Of a stretch of DNA of 64,000 nt, positions 48,199 to 58,456 are shown one piece after another. Origin of the DNA: Nitrospirota bacterium. GTDB taxonomy: Bacteria > Nitrospirota > UBA9217. Numbering within the stretch: position 1 is the stretch's first letter; the number at the start of each line of letters is the position of its first letter. The translations under genes and the position numbers were made by a program. The notes beneath the pieces were generated by a model. That model searched no databases. It saw only the letters and a program-made list of their open reading frames with translations, and was not told where the DNA came from. The stretch covers positions 160,001 to 224,000 of the forward strand of contig CAWBNQ010000002.1 in NCBI GenBank assembly GCA_963790205.1, in the 5' to 3' direction.

Positions 48199-48609
48199 CT
48201 ATTTGTATCTCTTCTTCTCCATCACAACGCCGACAATCCGGTACTCCTGGTCCTTGTTCAGAATGATGTCTTTATATTTGGGATTGAGAGGGTGGAGGAT
48301 TCGCGTGTTGTCGTACTGCCTGTACTGCTTGAACGTTGCCTCTTCCTCGTTGTTCTTCGCAACAATATAGTCGCCGTTCCCGGCCTTCGCAGTAGGACTG
48401 ACGATAAGAATATCCCCCTCGTTGAATTCCGGCTCCATGGAATCGCCCTTCACCCGCAGCGCGAAGTTGTGCTCGCCCTTGACATCGGAATCGATCCACT
48501 CTAACGCTTCTCCTTCATGGAACGACTCGCCGGTTTCAGCCCACTTGCCGGCAGCCACCCAGGATATGACCGGGATCTTCCGCATCTTGCCGAGAGCGGC
48601 GGGCTCCAT
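48199..48609 (-). CDS. LexA/S24 peptidase domain lacking the DNA-binding domain
   Basis: IPVISWVAAG cleavage site, ALRVKGDSMEP, ATFKQY, LHPLNP; in-frame stop shortly upstream, no HTH. Confidence 0.75.
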   Translation of the reverse strand: MEPAALGKMRKIPVISWVAAGKWAETGESFHEGEALEWIDSDVKGEHNFALRVKGDSMEPEFNEGDILIVSPTAKAGNGDYIVAKNNEEEATFKQYRQYDNTRILHPLNPKYKDIILNKDQEYRIVGVVMEKKRYK

Positions 48610-48712
48610 GGGGAGTGAAGAGAGAGTACTTTTGTGGTTTCAAAGTGCTACGGCCGTAAGCCAGTCGGTATCTTACTTATTGCCGGATGTGCTGCGAAAG
48701 AACACGGGCATG

Positions 48713-49549
48713 CTATTTAAAATCAATTTTATAGAATCTCCTGATAAATTTTTCCTTGAATGCCGAAGGTATCAAATGCACACCGAGCGGGGCCAACCGC
48801 TCAAACAATGCACCTGATGAATAAAATGTCTTGGGCCGACGCTTTCGCAGGATGGAGTATATCTTTTTCGCAGTAACCTCAGGCATCGGCGCTGTTGAAA
48901 TGTTTTTGTTGATGCTTTCCAATGCTATGCTGAACCATCGGCTATAAGGAGAGCCGGCAGGCTTCAAAACGACCATTCTATTCGGAAAATTGGTTTTCAT
49001 GTGGCCTGGTCGTACTGCGGATACTTTGATCCCCATGCCGTGAAGTTCATGCCGTAGGCCCTCGGTGAAGGCGTCAACGGCATATTTCGTGGCGGAATAG
49101 TGTGTCTGATAGGGAATAACCATGCTGCTGCTTACGGAGCTGACCAGAACTATCCGACCGGAATTTCTCGCCCTCATGTGCGGTAACGCCGCCTTGACCG
49201 TTCGCAAGAGTCCGAACACGTTTACATCAAATTGTTTAAGGGTAAGATCATCGGGCATTTCCTCGATGCTGCCGCAAAGCCCAAATCCAGCATTACAAAC
49301 CAGAACATCGATCTTGCCGTCCTTGTTTATAATATCATCGACGCCTTGTCTTATTGATTCTGCTTTGGTAACATCCATTTCCAGGAAATGCAGTTGATTC
49401 CCGAACCGGGTCCTCGCCTCGTTGACCACCTCCGCACAAGCCGTGAGGCTTCGAGTCGTGCCATAGACCCGATATCCCTTCGATGCGAGAATCTTTGCAG
49501 TTTCCCAACCGATCCCGGATGACGCACCGGTTATGAGAGCAATTTCCAT
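48713..49549 (-). CDS. SDR family NAD(P)-dependent oxidoreductase
   Basis: TGASSGIG, MDVT, NAGFG, YSATK. Confidence 0.92.
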   Translation of the reverse strand: MEIALITGASSGIGWETAKILASKGYRVYGTTRSLTACAEVVNEARTRFGNQLHFLEMDVTKAESIRQGVDDIINKDGKIDVLVCNAGFGLCGSIEEMPDDLTLKQFDVNVFGLLRTVKAALPHMRARNSGRIVLVSSVSSSMVIPYQTHYSATKYAVDAFTEGLRHELHGMGIKVSAVRPGHMKTNFPNRMVVLKPAGSPYSRWFSIALESINKNISTAPMPEVTAKKIYSILRKRRPKTFYSSGALFERLAPLGVHLIPSAFKEKFIRRFYKIDFK

Positions 49550-49559
49550 TCTTTTCACC

Positions 49560-51770
49560 TCAGATAACAACTGTACTTTCTCTGCCTCCAATTTTCAAAT
49601 CGGAATCCAGAACAGTTCTTACGACTGCGACAAACTCCGACGGTGCGAACGGTTTATGCAGTCTTTCGGAAACGTTTATGCCGTTTAACATCTGCTCAAC
49701 TTTTTCATGATTGAATGCGGATATCACAATAACTTTGATTTCGGGTAGGACAGCGCGGACTTGCCTCACCAGATCGGCACCATTCATCTTGGGCATTGCC
49801 ATATCAGTTATCAAAAGAGTAATGCTTCCCGCATCTCTTTGAATAATCCTGACAGCTTCTTCAGGCCTTGTAGTCGAAACGACATTATATCCTCTGGCTT
49901 CTAGCGCATCGGACATCATAGTGATCAGCGCTTCATCATCATCAACAAATAAAATATTGCCGGTCTTTTGCGGTATCAAACGATCCTGTCCGGGCGCCAT
50001 TTCAATGGTCGCTTCCTGCAAAGATTCAGCGCTCTTTTCACGGGGAGTTCTTTCGGAAATGAGAGGGAAATATATTTTGAATTCACTACCCTTGCCTGGT
50101 TCGCTTTCGACAGTAATATGTCCTTTATGGTCGGCGACAATGCTATATACCATCGCCAGCCCGAGCCCTGTCCCTTTGCCTTGCTCCTTCGTGGTAAAAA
50201 AAGGTTCAAAAATGCGCTGCTTATTATCAGTTGTGATGCCAATACCTGTGTCTGAAATGGTCAAAACCGCGTATTCTCCATCCGTGATATTCTTGGGAAT
50301 GACATTTTCCTTATAGGCAATAGTCAAAGCTTCTGTGGCAATAGTGATCCGACCTCCGTGGGGCATGGCGTCTCTCGCATTTAACACTAGATTCATAATG
50401 ACAGTTTCAATTTGATTGATATTGCCGCGGATAATAAGATCATTCCGCCAAAGATGAGGAATAATCTCTATTTTTTCACCGATACTTGCAGCAATGATGT
50501 TGAGTGTATCACGCACAACATCATTGAGGCCGGCCTCAGCCAACGGTGTCTTGCTCTTTCTCGCGAAAGTCAGCAGTTGAGATATCATATTGCCGGCGTT
50601 AAGGATAGATTTATCCAAAAGATTTGTTCTATGGAGTGTCCGTTCTGATACTCCTTTGTCGTTCCTGACGATCTCGATATATGCGATCATCGAAGTAATA
50701 ATATTCCGGACATCGTGCGCTATCCCGCCGGCAAATGTCGCGATAGATTCCATTTTCTGGCTCTGAGAAAGCTGTTCCTGAAACATCCTTTTTTCCGTAA
50801 TGTTACGGGTTACCATCAAAATGTATTGGTCCTCGCCGATAAGAATGTTCTGGATGCTGATTTCCAGAAAGACGGTTTTTCCGCTTTCGATATTATAGGG
50901 CATTTCGAATACGATTGACCTGACGCGGAGCATCTTGTTGAATATCGATGTCATGTCGTCTTTCATTTCACTTTTGAACAGGTTGCCGACATGCATCCCG
51001 GTAAGTATGTTCCGGGTCGAATTGAACATTTTGCTGGCCATATCGTTTGCATTGGCGATAATGCCGTTCTTCGTAAGAATCAATATGCCGTCATTGGCAT
51101 TTTCAAAAATCGAGCGGTGCCATTGTTCGGATTTGTTGAGTTCCGCCGTTCTCTCCTGGACAAGCCGATCCAACAGATTCTTTTCGTTTGTCAGGTCGCA
51201 TTGCAGCCTGAGCTCGTTCTCAACGTTTTTGTTGCCAACGATTCTGATGATTGACGTGATAATGAGGACGGAAATCAGGTAGAGATTGTATAGAATAAAT
51301 ATGGATACGTCACGAATCGTATCAAGGAGAAGAATAGGCAAGACATAAATGAGATAGACAATTACCCCGAGGAAGAGCGACGCCAGCGCGCCCATCGGCA
51401 AGAGGGCGACGCCGACGATCATGATAGGGATCATTCCGGCATAGTAAGGAGCATTATGCCCGCCGGTCCTCATCGTCATGTACTCATTAAGCATTGCCGA
51501 TGCAATAACGCCGCTATAACAAAGCGTGATTAAATACCATCTGGTTCGTTTAAGTTTCGTGAGGAAGTACAGCAGGATCGATAAAAGCGCCATCCCTGCG
51601 CGCAAGGGGATCAATTCTATAAAAAGATTATTTTCGGCATAGTAATCTGCAAGCCCAAACAAAGGCCAGGAAAACGCACTGATAAGAGCGGCGACCCCGG
51701 CCCATCGTTGCAGTCGCATGGTCAGTTGTTCTTCTCGATATGTTTCCTGTTTTCCCATAGGTTCCTTCAA
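49560..51770 (-). CDS. Hybrid sensor histidine kinase (multi-TM, PAS, HisKA, HATPase, REC)
   Basis: AGGIAHDVRN, NLVLNARDAM, DTGIG, FEPFFTTK..GTGLGL, receiver FVDDD..ITDMAMP..KPF. Start may be 51758. Confidence 0.93.
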   Translation of the reverse strand: MKEPMGKQETYREEQLTMRLQRWAGVAALISAFSWPLFGLADYYAENNLFIELIPLRAGMALLSILLYFLTKLKRTRWYLITLCYSGVIASAMLNEYMTMRTGGHNAPYYAGMIPIMIVGVALLPMGALASLFLGVIVYLIYVLPILLLDTIRDVSIFILYNLYLISVLIITSIIRIVGNKNVENELRLQCDLTNEKNLLDRLVQERTAELNKSEQWHRSIFENANDGILILTKNGIIANANDMASKMFNSTRNILTGMHVGNLFKSEMKDDMTSIFNKMLRVRSIVFEMPYNIESGKTVFLEISIQNILIGEDQYILMVTRNITEKRMFQEQLSQSQKMESIATFAGGIAHDVRNIITSMIAYIEIVRNDKGVSERTLHRTNLLDKSILNAGNMISQLLTFARKSKTPLAEAGLNDVVRDTLNIIAASIGEKIEIIPHLWRNDLIIRGNINQIETVIMNLVLNARDAMPHGGRITIATEALTIAYKENVIPKNITDGEYAVLTISDTGIGITTDNKQRIFEPFFTTKEQGKGTGLGLAMVYSIVADHKGHITVESEPGKGSEFKIYFPLISERTPREKSAESLQEATIEMAPGQDRLIPQKTGNILFVDDDEALITMMSDALEARGYNVVSTTRPEEAVRIIQRDAGSITLLITDMAMPKMNGADLVRQVRAVLPEIKVIVISAFNHEKVEQMLNGINVSERLHKPFAPSEFVAVVRTVLDSDLKIGGRESTVVI

Positions 51771-51885
51771 AATAATAAGAGAAAACGACCATTCTTATAT
51801 TATGCCGTCAGACCGTCAGAGACGCGTCGATTCCGGAAAACGGTAGGGGGAGATGGCGAACTGACGCTTAGCTCGATTGCCGGAG

Positions 51886-52320
51886 CTAAATAAGTTTTTT
51901 GCCGGTCGCTTTTTCATAAAGCTTGATAATAAATTTTTTTGTTTCTATGCCCATCTCTTCCGAAAAGGCGCGCAGTGCAAATTCTTTCAATGTTTTGTCT
52001 TTCCTGATCCGGTCAAGGATATTGTTAAGATGTCTGTGCTCATTTGCCGCATCTTCATCCTGGTCGCGATAATAGACGGCGAGTACTTCTTCTTCTTGTA
52101 ATTTATAACCAATGACGATTTTATTTATTTTGTCGGAACCCGGTTGTTTGACCGCTCCCTGTTCCAACGAATTAATATAAGATTTTTTTAACCCGGTCTT
52201 CCGCTCCATTTCTTCTTGGCTCAGGCCGGCCTGCATCCGCACATTCGCCAGATAACGACCGAATTCGTGCCTGCTCATGGATGTTTTATTATTACTGTTC
52301 TTATGTTTTTTTATAGGCAT
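51886..52320 (-). CDS. XRE-family HTH regulator
   Basis: FGRYLANVRMQAGLSQEEMERKTGLKKSYINSLEQG..QP. Confidence 0.8.
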   Translation of the reverse strand: MPIKKHKNSNNKTSMSRHEFGRYLANVRMQAGLSQEEMERKTGLKKSYINSLEQGAVKQPGSDKINKIVIGYKLQEEEVLAVYYRDQDEDAANEHRHLNNILDRIRKDKTLKEFALRAFSEEMGIETKKFIIKLYEKATGKKLI

Positions 52321-52398
52321 TTTACAAATACGAATTTTTGGAATTTAAGACCGGTTATCCTTTTTCGCTATGAGCGTCACGGCAAGGGAAGTCGCTGA

Positions 52399-52827
52399 TC
52401 ACAAAAGCTTCTTATGGTAGATATTTTCATAAAGCCTGATGATCAACATTTTCGTGTTTTTCCCTAAATCCCCGTCTTCAAGAACGTCCTGGAGGAGGTC
52501 TCGAAGTTTAAGTTTTTCGTCGGCCGCTATTTGTTTCAATATGATGTCGATGTGCGCCATCTCTTCCGCTTCCTTCGCGCTGGCTTTGAACGCGCTTTTT
52601 ACATTTTCAAGGGGGACCCTGTATGCTTTAGATATTTTCAGTATTTTGTCATATTTTGTCTTATCGATATTCCCGCGCTCCAACGCCGACAGGTAAGAAG
52701 CAGAAAGGCTGCCTGTTGCAGCCAATTCGACAAGACTTGTTTTTAATTCTTTTCTCCTTTTTTTGAGCAATCTGCCGAGCGCTTTTTTATCCAAAGACAT
52801 TTCTCCGTTGCCGTCTTGATCCAACAA
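52399..52827 (-). CDS. XRE-family HTH regulator
   Basis: LGRLLKKRRKELKTSLVELA..SLSASYLSALERG; C-terminus (TKMLIIRLYE) paralogous to 51886-52320 (TKKFIIKLYE). Confidence 0.8.
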   Translation of the reverse strand: MLDQDGNGEMSLDKKALGRLLKKRRKELKTSLVELAATGSLSASYLSALERGNIDKTKYDKILKISKAYRVPLENVKSAFKASAKEAEEMAHIDIILKQIAADEKLKLRDLLQDVLEDGDLGKNTKMLIIRLYENIYHKKLL

Positions 52828-53058
52828 ATAAACTGATCACAGGTAATACAGTTGAAAATCTTATCATTTCCCTTCATCGAATGCAATAAATTATTTGCGA
52901 TATATTTAATTCTATGTTATTTTTATAGCCGGTTTTCTTGTCATATTCCCTGAAATGTGTTACTTTTTATTCGTTGTTCGTTGTCTGAATGCTAAATCCG
53001 TCGGAAGCAGCGTTCAGACTTTTAAATTCTCTTGGAAGAGGAGGTTGCAATACGCTAA

Positions 53059-53418
53059 ATGAAAAAAGTTTTCGTTGCGGAGGATAACGAGCTTTTCGCG
53101 GCTGCAGTCACAGACCTGCTTGCATTCCATGGATACGAATTTAAAATGGCAGCGCAGGATGGTGATATTCTGAGTCAAATAAAAAAATACAGACCAAACG
53201 TCATCATTCTTGATATCATGATGCCGGCCGCAAACGGCTTGGAAATTTGTCGAAGCGTAAAAAGCGATCCAGGACTTCGTTCTGCTTATGTTATCATTCT
53301 GTCGTGCCTGGACACGGACGCAGAAATCCAGGCAGGTAAGGCAGCCGGCGCTAACGAATACATGGTAAAGCCTTTCTCGCCGGCGGAGGTGATAAAGATC
53401 ATCAAGTCTGTCGGGTAG
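53059..53418 (+). CDS. Single-domain response regulator
   Basis: VAEDN, IILDIMMP..NGLEIC, GANEYMVKPF. Confidence 0.9.
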   Translation: MKKVFVAEDNELFAAAVTDLLAFHGYEFKMAAQDGDILSQIKKYRPNVIILDIMMPAANGLEICRSVKSDPGLRSAYVIILSCLDTDAEIQAGKAAGANEYMVKPFSPAEVIKIIKSVG

Positions 53419-54018
53419 TCTGTTTGAAGCCTTTCTTCTGAGGAATGATTATATGACTTCCTCTTGCACATCTCCTGTTACAGCTCGCTGCTGAGACTCC
53501 CTGTCGCAGTTTGACCAAATTCCTCGAAGCCGTAGTCTTTTCAAGAGAAGGGAAGTACGCGGAGCGGGATGCCGCAGGCTCCACTAGCTTCTTTCTAAAG
53601 TCTCTCATCTCCGGCCGTTCCATCAGTAGCATCTTAGAGCTTTTCCCCATCATTATTATTCAGTTGACAACGACAAATCAATTATTTATAATTTGCAGTA
53701 AATAATTTACAGCAAATAAGATTAAACCCGTAATCTGCGGGACGTACCTGTTCGAAAGTCGGAAGGATATGTTTGCAACAATGAAAATTTCATTCGTAGT
53801 GGAATTACAAATAAAAATTCGACATGAATGCAGTGCTTGTCATAAATACAGATTACTTGAATATTAAGTAATGGACGAGAGGAACAACATGTTCAGCGTT
53901 TGTAAAGAATGCAAAGATGATTTAAAGCAAAAAGAAGGGTCTGAAGAGAAAGAATATGATGAGCTACGCCGCTAAATTCAACTCTATGAGTTAAAAGACT
54001 GAAACGGGAGGCACCTCA

Positions 54019-54603
54019 ATGCGTTGTTGTATATTTTTATTGCTCGCAATTCTCATGTTCCCGTCTTTTGCTCATGCTGATGATAAAAGCATGCGCTTTG
54101 GACTTATGCCGATGTATTCTCGGTACGAAATTACCGATCCTATCAGTCGTACCCAGCCAGGGTCAGATTTTACCACTCTTAGCGGTGTAGCGATTTTCGA
54201 CGCTGGCCGTGATGCCCGTATATTTGTTAATGCCTTCTATGCCGACTTTAATTTGACTCCATCCACAACTGACGTTGGCCAGATAGTGAAGCAAACCGGT
54301 GTAACTGCTTCTTATCAAATGATGTTCCGACTCACACGAAGCATAAAGCCCTGGCTTGGCATTGGGCTTGGCTACGAGTCGGAGCGTTATCAGAATCGAT
54401 ACCTTACGACTCCCGGAGGGTACCTTGCGCCGGGAAGCCCTTATCCGGAACGATCTGTAGTAAACTACCCGGTCGTACTGAATGCAAGCCACGAGTGGCA
54501 GTACAATAAAAATTTCGACATTGGTTTGCATTTACAATTTGAACAACCTATTTCATCCGATGGAGCTCGCGCGCTGCGTCTTGGAATCTACGTCGTTTAT
54601 TAA
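54019..54603 (+). CDS. Small outer-membrane beta-barrel-like protein
   Basis: Signal peptide ending AHA; amphipathic strands (KPWLGIGLGY, FDIGLHLQF); terminal aromatic RLGIYVVY. Confidence 0.6.
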   Translation: MRCCIFLLLAILMFPSFAHADDKSMRFGLMPMYSRYEITDPISRTQPGSDFTTLSGVAIFDAGRDARIFVNAFYADFNLTPSTTDVGQIVKQTGVTASYQMMFRLTRSIKPWLGIGLGYESERYQNRYLTTPGGYLAPGSPYPERSVVNYPVVLNASHEWQYNKNFDIGLHLQFEQPISSDGARALRLGIYVVY

Positions 54604-54622
54604 CATGGAGCATGTAAAACTT

Positions 54623-56026
54623 ATGAGATTGACGGCTCTATATTTTTTATTATTTGTTCTCATCGGCTGCGGGAGAGGGTCTGGCGGCGGTACACCCGGC
54701 GTCACTCCAACGCCCTCTCTCGTTTCAATATCAATAAGTACAAATCTTGCGTTTATCGGGACTCAACGGCAGTTCACCGCCTCTGGTCTGTTTTCTGATG
54801 AAACAAAAACCGATATCACCAGTTTAGTGCTCTGGTCTTCAAATACACCGACTGTTGCTACAGTAACACCCTCTGGACTTGTAACCGGCGTTTCGGCAGG
54901 TCTTGCTACAATCACCGCGTCTGATGGCTCGATTGCCGACAATATATCGTTCAATGTCGAATATCCGTGGATTTTTGTTTCTGCCGGCAGTCTTTATTCT
55001 GCTGGCATCAAATCTGACGGTTCTCTCTGGACGTGGGGCTATAATGCCGATGGTGAACTTGGTGAATCACGAGCCAATACAAATATACCGACCAGGCTAG
55101 GAACCGGCACTTGGCTTGCCGTCTCTGCAGGCATCACCCACGTTCTCGCTATAAAATCCGATGGCACGCTGTGGGCCTGGGGCGATAATACTTATGGCGA
55201 GTTGGGAAACGGATCATACGGAACAACTTATAACCTGGCGCAACAGATAGGTTCAGATACAACGTGGGTATCTGTTTCTGCAGGTTACGAACATTCGCAC
55301 GCCATTAAATCTAACGGTACGTTGTGGGCGTGGGGTAATAATGGCTGGGGTCAGCTTGGAGACGGTACCATTGTCGATAGGCACGTCCCGGTCCGGATCG
55401 GAGCGGCAACCGACTGGGCCTCTGTCTCGGCCGGAGCCTATCATTGTATTGGCCTTAAGAAAAACGGCGCGCTGTTCGCGTGGGGTGATAATGGCTGGGG
55501 TCAGCGGGGTGATGGTACAACCAACCTCGAACCCACACAAGGGCCTACGCAAATAGGCACATCAATCGGGTGGCTTTCCGCTCGCGCTGGATGGGCGCAT
55601 TCGCTCGCCATTAAGTCCGACGGTACGCTGTGGGCCTGGGGTAACAATTTAGGTTATGTCTTCGGAAACGGTACTGATTTACAGAGCAACCCCACCCCTA
55701 CGCAGATCGGCACATCGACGTTTCACGCGGCAGCTGGCGGCTCTCAACACTCTCTTGCAGTCAAGTCTGATGGTACGCTGTGGGGATGCGGTAGCAACCA
55801 ATATGGTCAAGTTGGGGCGGGTACGTCTGGTTTAGGTGCAACTGAGAAGTCCTTTATACAAGTTAGCGCTGATACAACTTGGTGGTTAATTGCGCCAGGT
55901 TATTCACATTCGCTGGCGATCAAGTCAGACGGTACGCTATGGGTCTGGGGCGATAATACTTATGGTGAGCTAGGCGACGGTAACGCAGGCGGTTTTGCGA
56001 TAGCGCCGGATCTTGTTTACTATTAA
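54623..56026 (+). CDS. Lipoprotein with Ig-like (Big_2) domain and RCC1-type beta-propeller
   Basis: Lipobox LIGC + Gly linker; WSSNTPTVATV..GLVTGV..G.ATITAS; seven SAG..H.LAIKSDGTLWAWG.N..GQLG-type repeats. Confidence 0.85.
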   Translation: MRLTALYFLLFVLIGCGRGSGGGTPGVTPTPSLVSISISTNLAFIGTQRQFTASGLFSDETKTDITSLVLWSSNTPTVATVTPSGLVTGVSAGLATITASDGSIADNISFNVEYPWIFVSAGSLYSAGIKSDGSLWTWGYNADGELGESRANTNIPTRLGTGTWLAVSAGITHVLAIKSDGTLWAWGDNTYGELGNGSYGTTYNLAQQIGSDTTWVSVSAGYEHSHAIKSNGTLWAWGNNGWGQLGDGTIVDRHVPVRIGAATDWASVSAGAYHCIGLKKNGALFAWGDNGWGQRGDGTTNLEPTQGPTQIGTSIGWLSARAGWAHSLAIKSDGTLWAWGNNLGYVFGNGTDLQSNPTPTQIGTSTFHAAAGGSQHSLAVKSDGTLWGCGSNQYGQVGAGTSGLGATEKSFIQVSADTTWWLIAPGYSHSLAIKSDGTLWVWGDNTYGELGDGNAGGFAIAPDLVYY

Positions 56027-56076
56027 ATATATTTATATAACTATATTTTTACATTTAACCTGCGGAGGTTACATCT

Positions 56077-57717
56077 ATGAAGAAGCTATTGAGTATGATC
56101 TGTCTTTGCATATTTCTTTTCTCGTGCGGCGGGTCTGGCGGCAGTGGTAGTAGTGGTGCGCTTCCGCCTCCGATACCTACTGGAACCGTCAAGGGTACCG
56201 CGCACGATAATATTCTTGTCGGTTCCACTGTCACGGCTTATCAGTATACTAACGGAACAAGAGGCCAAGTCCTCGGAACAGCCACTACGGATAGCAATGG
56301 TAATTACTCATTAAGCGTTCAGGTTGAAACATGCCCCATTCTCCTTGAGGCAACTGGTGGATATTATAAAGAAGAGGCGACTAATCCACCTTATCAGGTG
56401 AATTTAAAAGCCGGCCAAGTGCTTGACGCTGTGATGAATTACACCACCGGAGGCAATATCAGCGTGCAGCTTACGCCTTTTACCCATATTGCGGCAGGCC
56501 TCGCAGCGTATCGCATATCTACGGGGACAAATGTCGCGACGGCGATCGATACGGCGAATCAGGATGTAAGCACGATGCTGGGTTTTAATATTCTCGATGT
56601 CACGCCCCTTGATGTTACCAATCCGCTTAATGCTTCTGCCTACGTTAGCAACGGGCTCGTCTACGGCTTCTTGAGCGCGGCAATATCCGACTGGACGTTA
56701 TACGCCAGTATGAAAGTAGAGCCAGGTACACCCCATGCACACTTTAATTCAATTGCCCTGGCTCAGATAATGTATACGGATATCGTGGCAGACGGCGTCC
56801 TGGACGGTAAAGGATTAGATGCGACGGGGCAGCTTGTACCGCTTTCCTTTGGTGTCCTTCCGCTCGATGCGAATGTTTATAGTCATGCACTGGCGGCGCA
56901 TATGATTCAGTTTGCCGATAGTTCACCAAATAACGCTACATCCCTTACGGGAGCGGACCTGCAAACCTTCGCGGCCGCATATGCCGGATATACCGGTGTT
57001 ATCTTTGGCACAGTCGCGCCTTTACCTTTTGTGAACAACGGAGTGCCTGTTATTTCAAACCCGACTATAAGCGGACTTGCAACAAGCCCCACTGCTACGC
57101 CGCTTCTTGCCGGCTCCTGGATCGGCAACACAAAGACCATTTGCGCAACTGTAGCAAGCACAGGCGCATTAGATTCCGGCTCAATAACTCTTAATAATAC
57201 ACCAACGTATATATCAAGCTATGAGAGTTCAACTCAGCCCTGCTGGAATCTTGATTCGTCTGTTGCATCTGACGGTACTAACACCCTCTCTTTTAATGTG
57301 ATAGACACTTACGGTATTGTATCGTCTCCTACGCTTACGATTGCCGTCAAAATCGACAATACCCGTCCTGCTATGACTGCCAAATACGCGTTTTATTCGG
57401 CTGACAATATTGTTATAGGCCCTGGTATAGGTCTGGTGTTTACTGTATCCGATTCCGGATCGGGCGTTTATTCAATTAAGAACTTGGATAACGGACATAA
57501 AGCATTTTCGCTTGCAGCTTATGGGTTTCCGGGTCAATGGGAGATTCTTTCACGAACTGCCTATTCCTTTGACGTACAAGCCACTTGGACCATACAGATA
57601 GAAGATTATGTTGCGAATTGCGGTACTTATTATGTTAAATCTTATCCTATCCAACCTTTCATGCAGGTTGAATTTCTTGCTCAAGTGACACTTCTGCCGG
57701 CGGGACCTTGTCATTAA
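56077..57717 (+). CDS. Surface lipoprotein with beta-sandwich/Ig-like domains
   Basis: Lipobox LFSC-GGSGGSG; ATTDSNGNYSL, LTPFTH, IDNTRP; Ser/Thr-rich. Confidence 0.7.
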   Translation: MKKLLSMICLCIFLFSCGGSGGSGSSGALPPPIPTGTVKGTAHDNILVGSTVTAYQYTNGTRGQVLGTATTDSNGNYSLSVQVETCPILLEATGGYYKEEATNPPYQVNLKAGQVLDAVMNYTTGGNISVQLTPFTHIAAGLAAYRISTGTNVATAIDTANQDVSTMLGFNILDVTPLDVTNPLNASAYVSNGLVYGFLSAAISDWTLYASMKVEPGTPHAHFNSIALAQIMYTDIVADGVLDGKGLDATGQLVPLSFGVLPLDANVYSHALAAHMIQFADSSPNNATSLTGADLQTFAAAYAGYTGVIFGTVAPLPFVNNGVPVISNPTISGLATSPTATPLLAGSWIGNTKTICATVASTGALDSGSITLNNTPTYISSYESSTQPCWNLDSSVASDGTNTLSFNVIDTYGIVSSPTLTIAVKIDNTRPAMTAKYAFYSADNIVIGPGIGLVFTVSDSGSGVYSIKNLDNGHKAFSLAAYGFPGQWEILSRTAYSFDVQATWTIQIEDYVANCGTYYVKSYPIQPFMQVEFLAQVTLLPAGPCH

Positions 57718-58135
57718 ATGAACTGAATGAACCCCGCGATGCAAGGTGGTGGGATGGCTAAATGATCAAATATGTTTTGAGAACCAAAAGGAACCCCAGT
57801 ATTACAACACGGATGACCCGTCTCGTTGGTGGATAAGTTGAATCTTATGGAAGCACAGGGCACCGACATTGACGATAGTACCGTTATGGCTATTGATACA
57901 GAAAGGTATCCTCCAGTCATTCGAACTGCCAAAGAATTTTTGAAGAGGCACAGAATAAAATAACAGCATTAGAATTAACTTCTGCCATCATGATGAAGGG
58001 CTTATATTATGAAAATCGGCGGTTAAATTATTGTTTGTCCGGGCGCTCCGCAGGCTGCCAGAACTTCTTGAAACAAAGTTCGTGCTTCGAAGATTCCATA
58101 ATAAGAAGCGAGTATTATAAAAAAGGAGAAACACA

Positions 58136-58456
58136 ATGAAAAAAATCACGGCATGTATTCTTGGCATGTGGGCTATTGTTTATGCGCTATCAGCAGAAGC
58201 GGCGCTGCAGCTGCCGAATTATGCAGCGGGTGGCGCGAACCTTCAAGGGGACCTCGAATCAACAGGCAGCGCAATTACAAAGATCCTTCTCGGGTTGACT
58301 GTTATGATCGGAATCGCCGGGATAATATTTTCAGGGATGGCGTTTGCCGCCGGCGACGGTGAAAAGGGAAAGGAACGTCTGAAATACTCAGTTATCGGTC
58401 TGATCATCGCGGCAACGGCAGCGGGCATCGCGTCAATTGCGACGGGAAATCATTAA
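58136..58456 (+). CDS. virB2: VirB2/TrbC-like conjugative pilin
   Basis: Signal peptide, two hydrophobic helices separated by GDGEKGKERLK; first gene of MPF operon. Confidence 0.7.
   Translation: MKKITACILGMWAIVYALSAEAALQLPNYAAGGANLQGDLESTGSAITKILLGLTVMIGIAGIIFSGMAFAAGDGEKGKERLKYSVIGLIIAATAAGIASIATGNH

Noticed and set aside
55000..55980. Regularly spaced DNA repeats (AA.TC.GA.GG.ACG.TGTGGG..TGGGG)
   Set aside because: These are codons of RCC1 protein repeats, degenerate at third positions; not a CRISPR array, and no cas or reverse transcriptase genes are present.
57760..57963. Possible small or frameshifted gene before the pilin
   Set aside because: Only short fragments in different frames; no recognisable homology.
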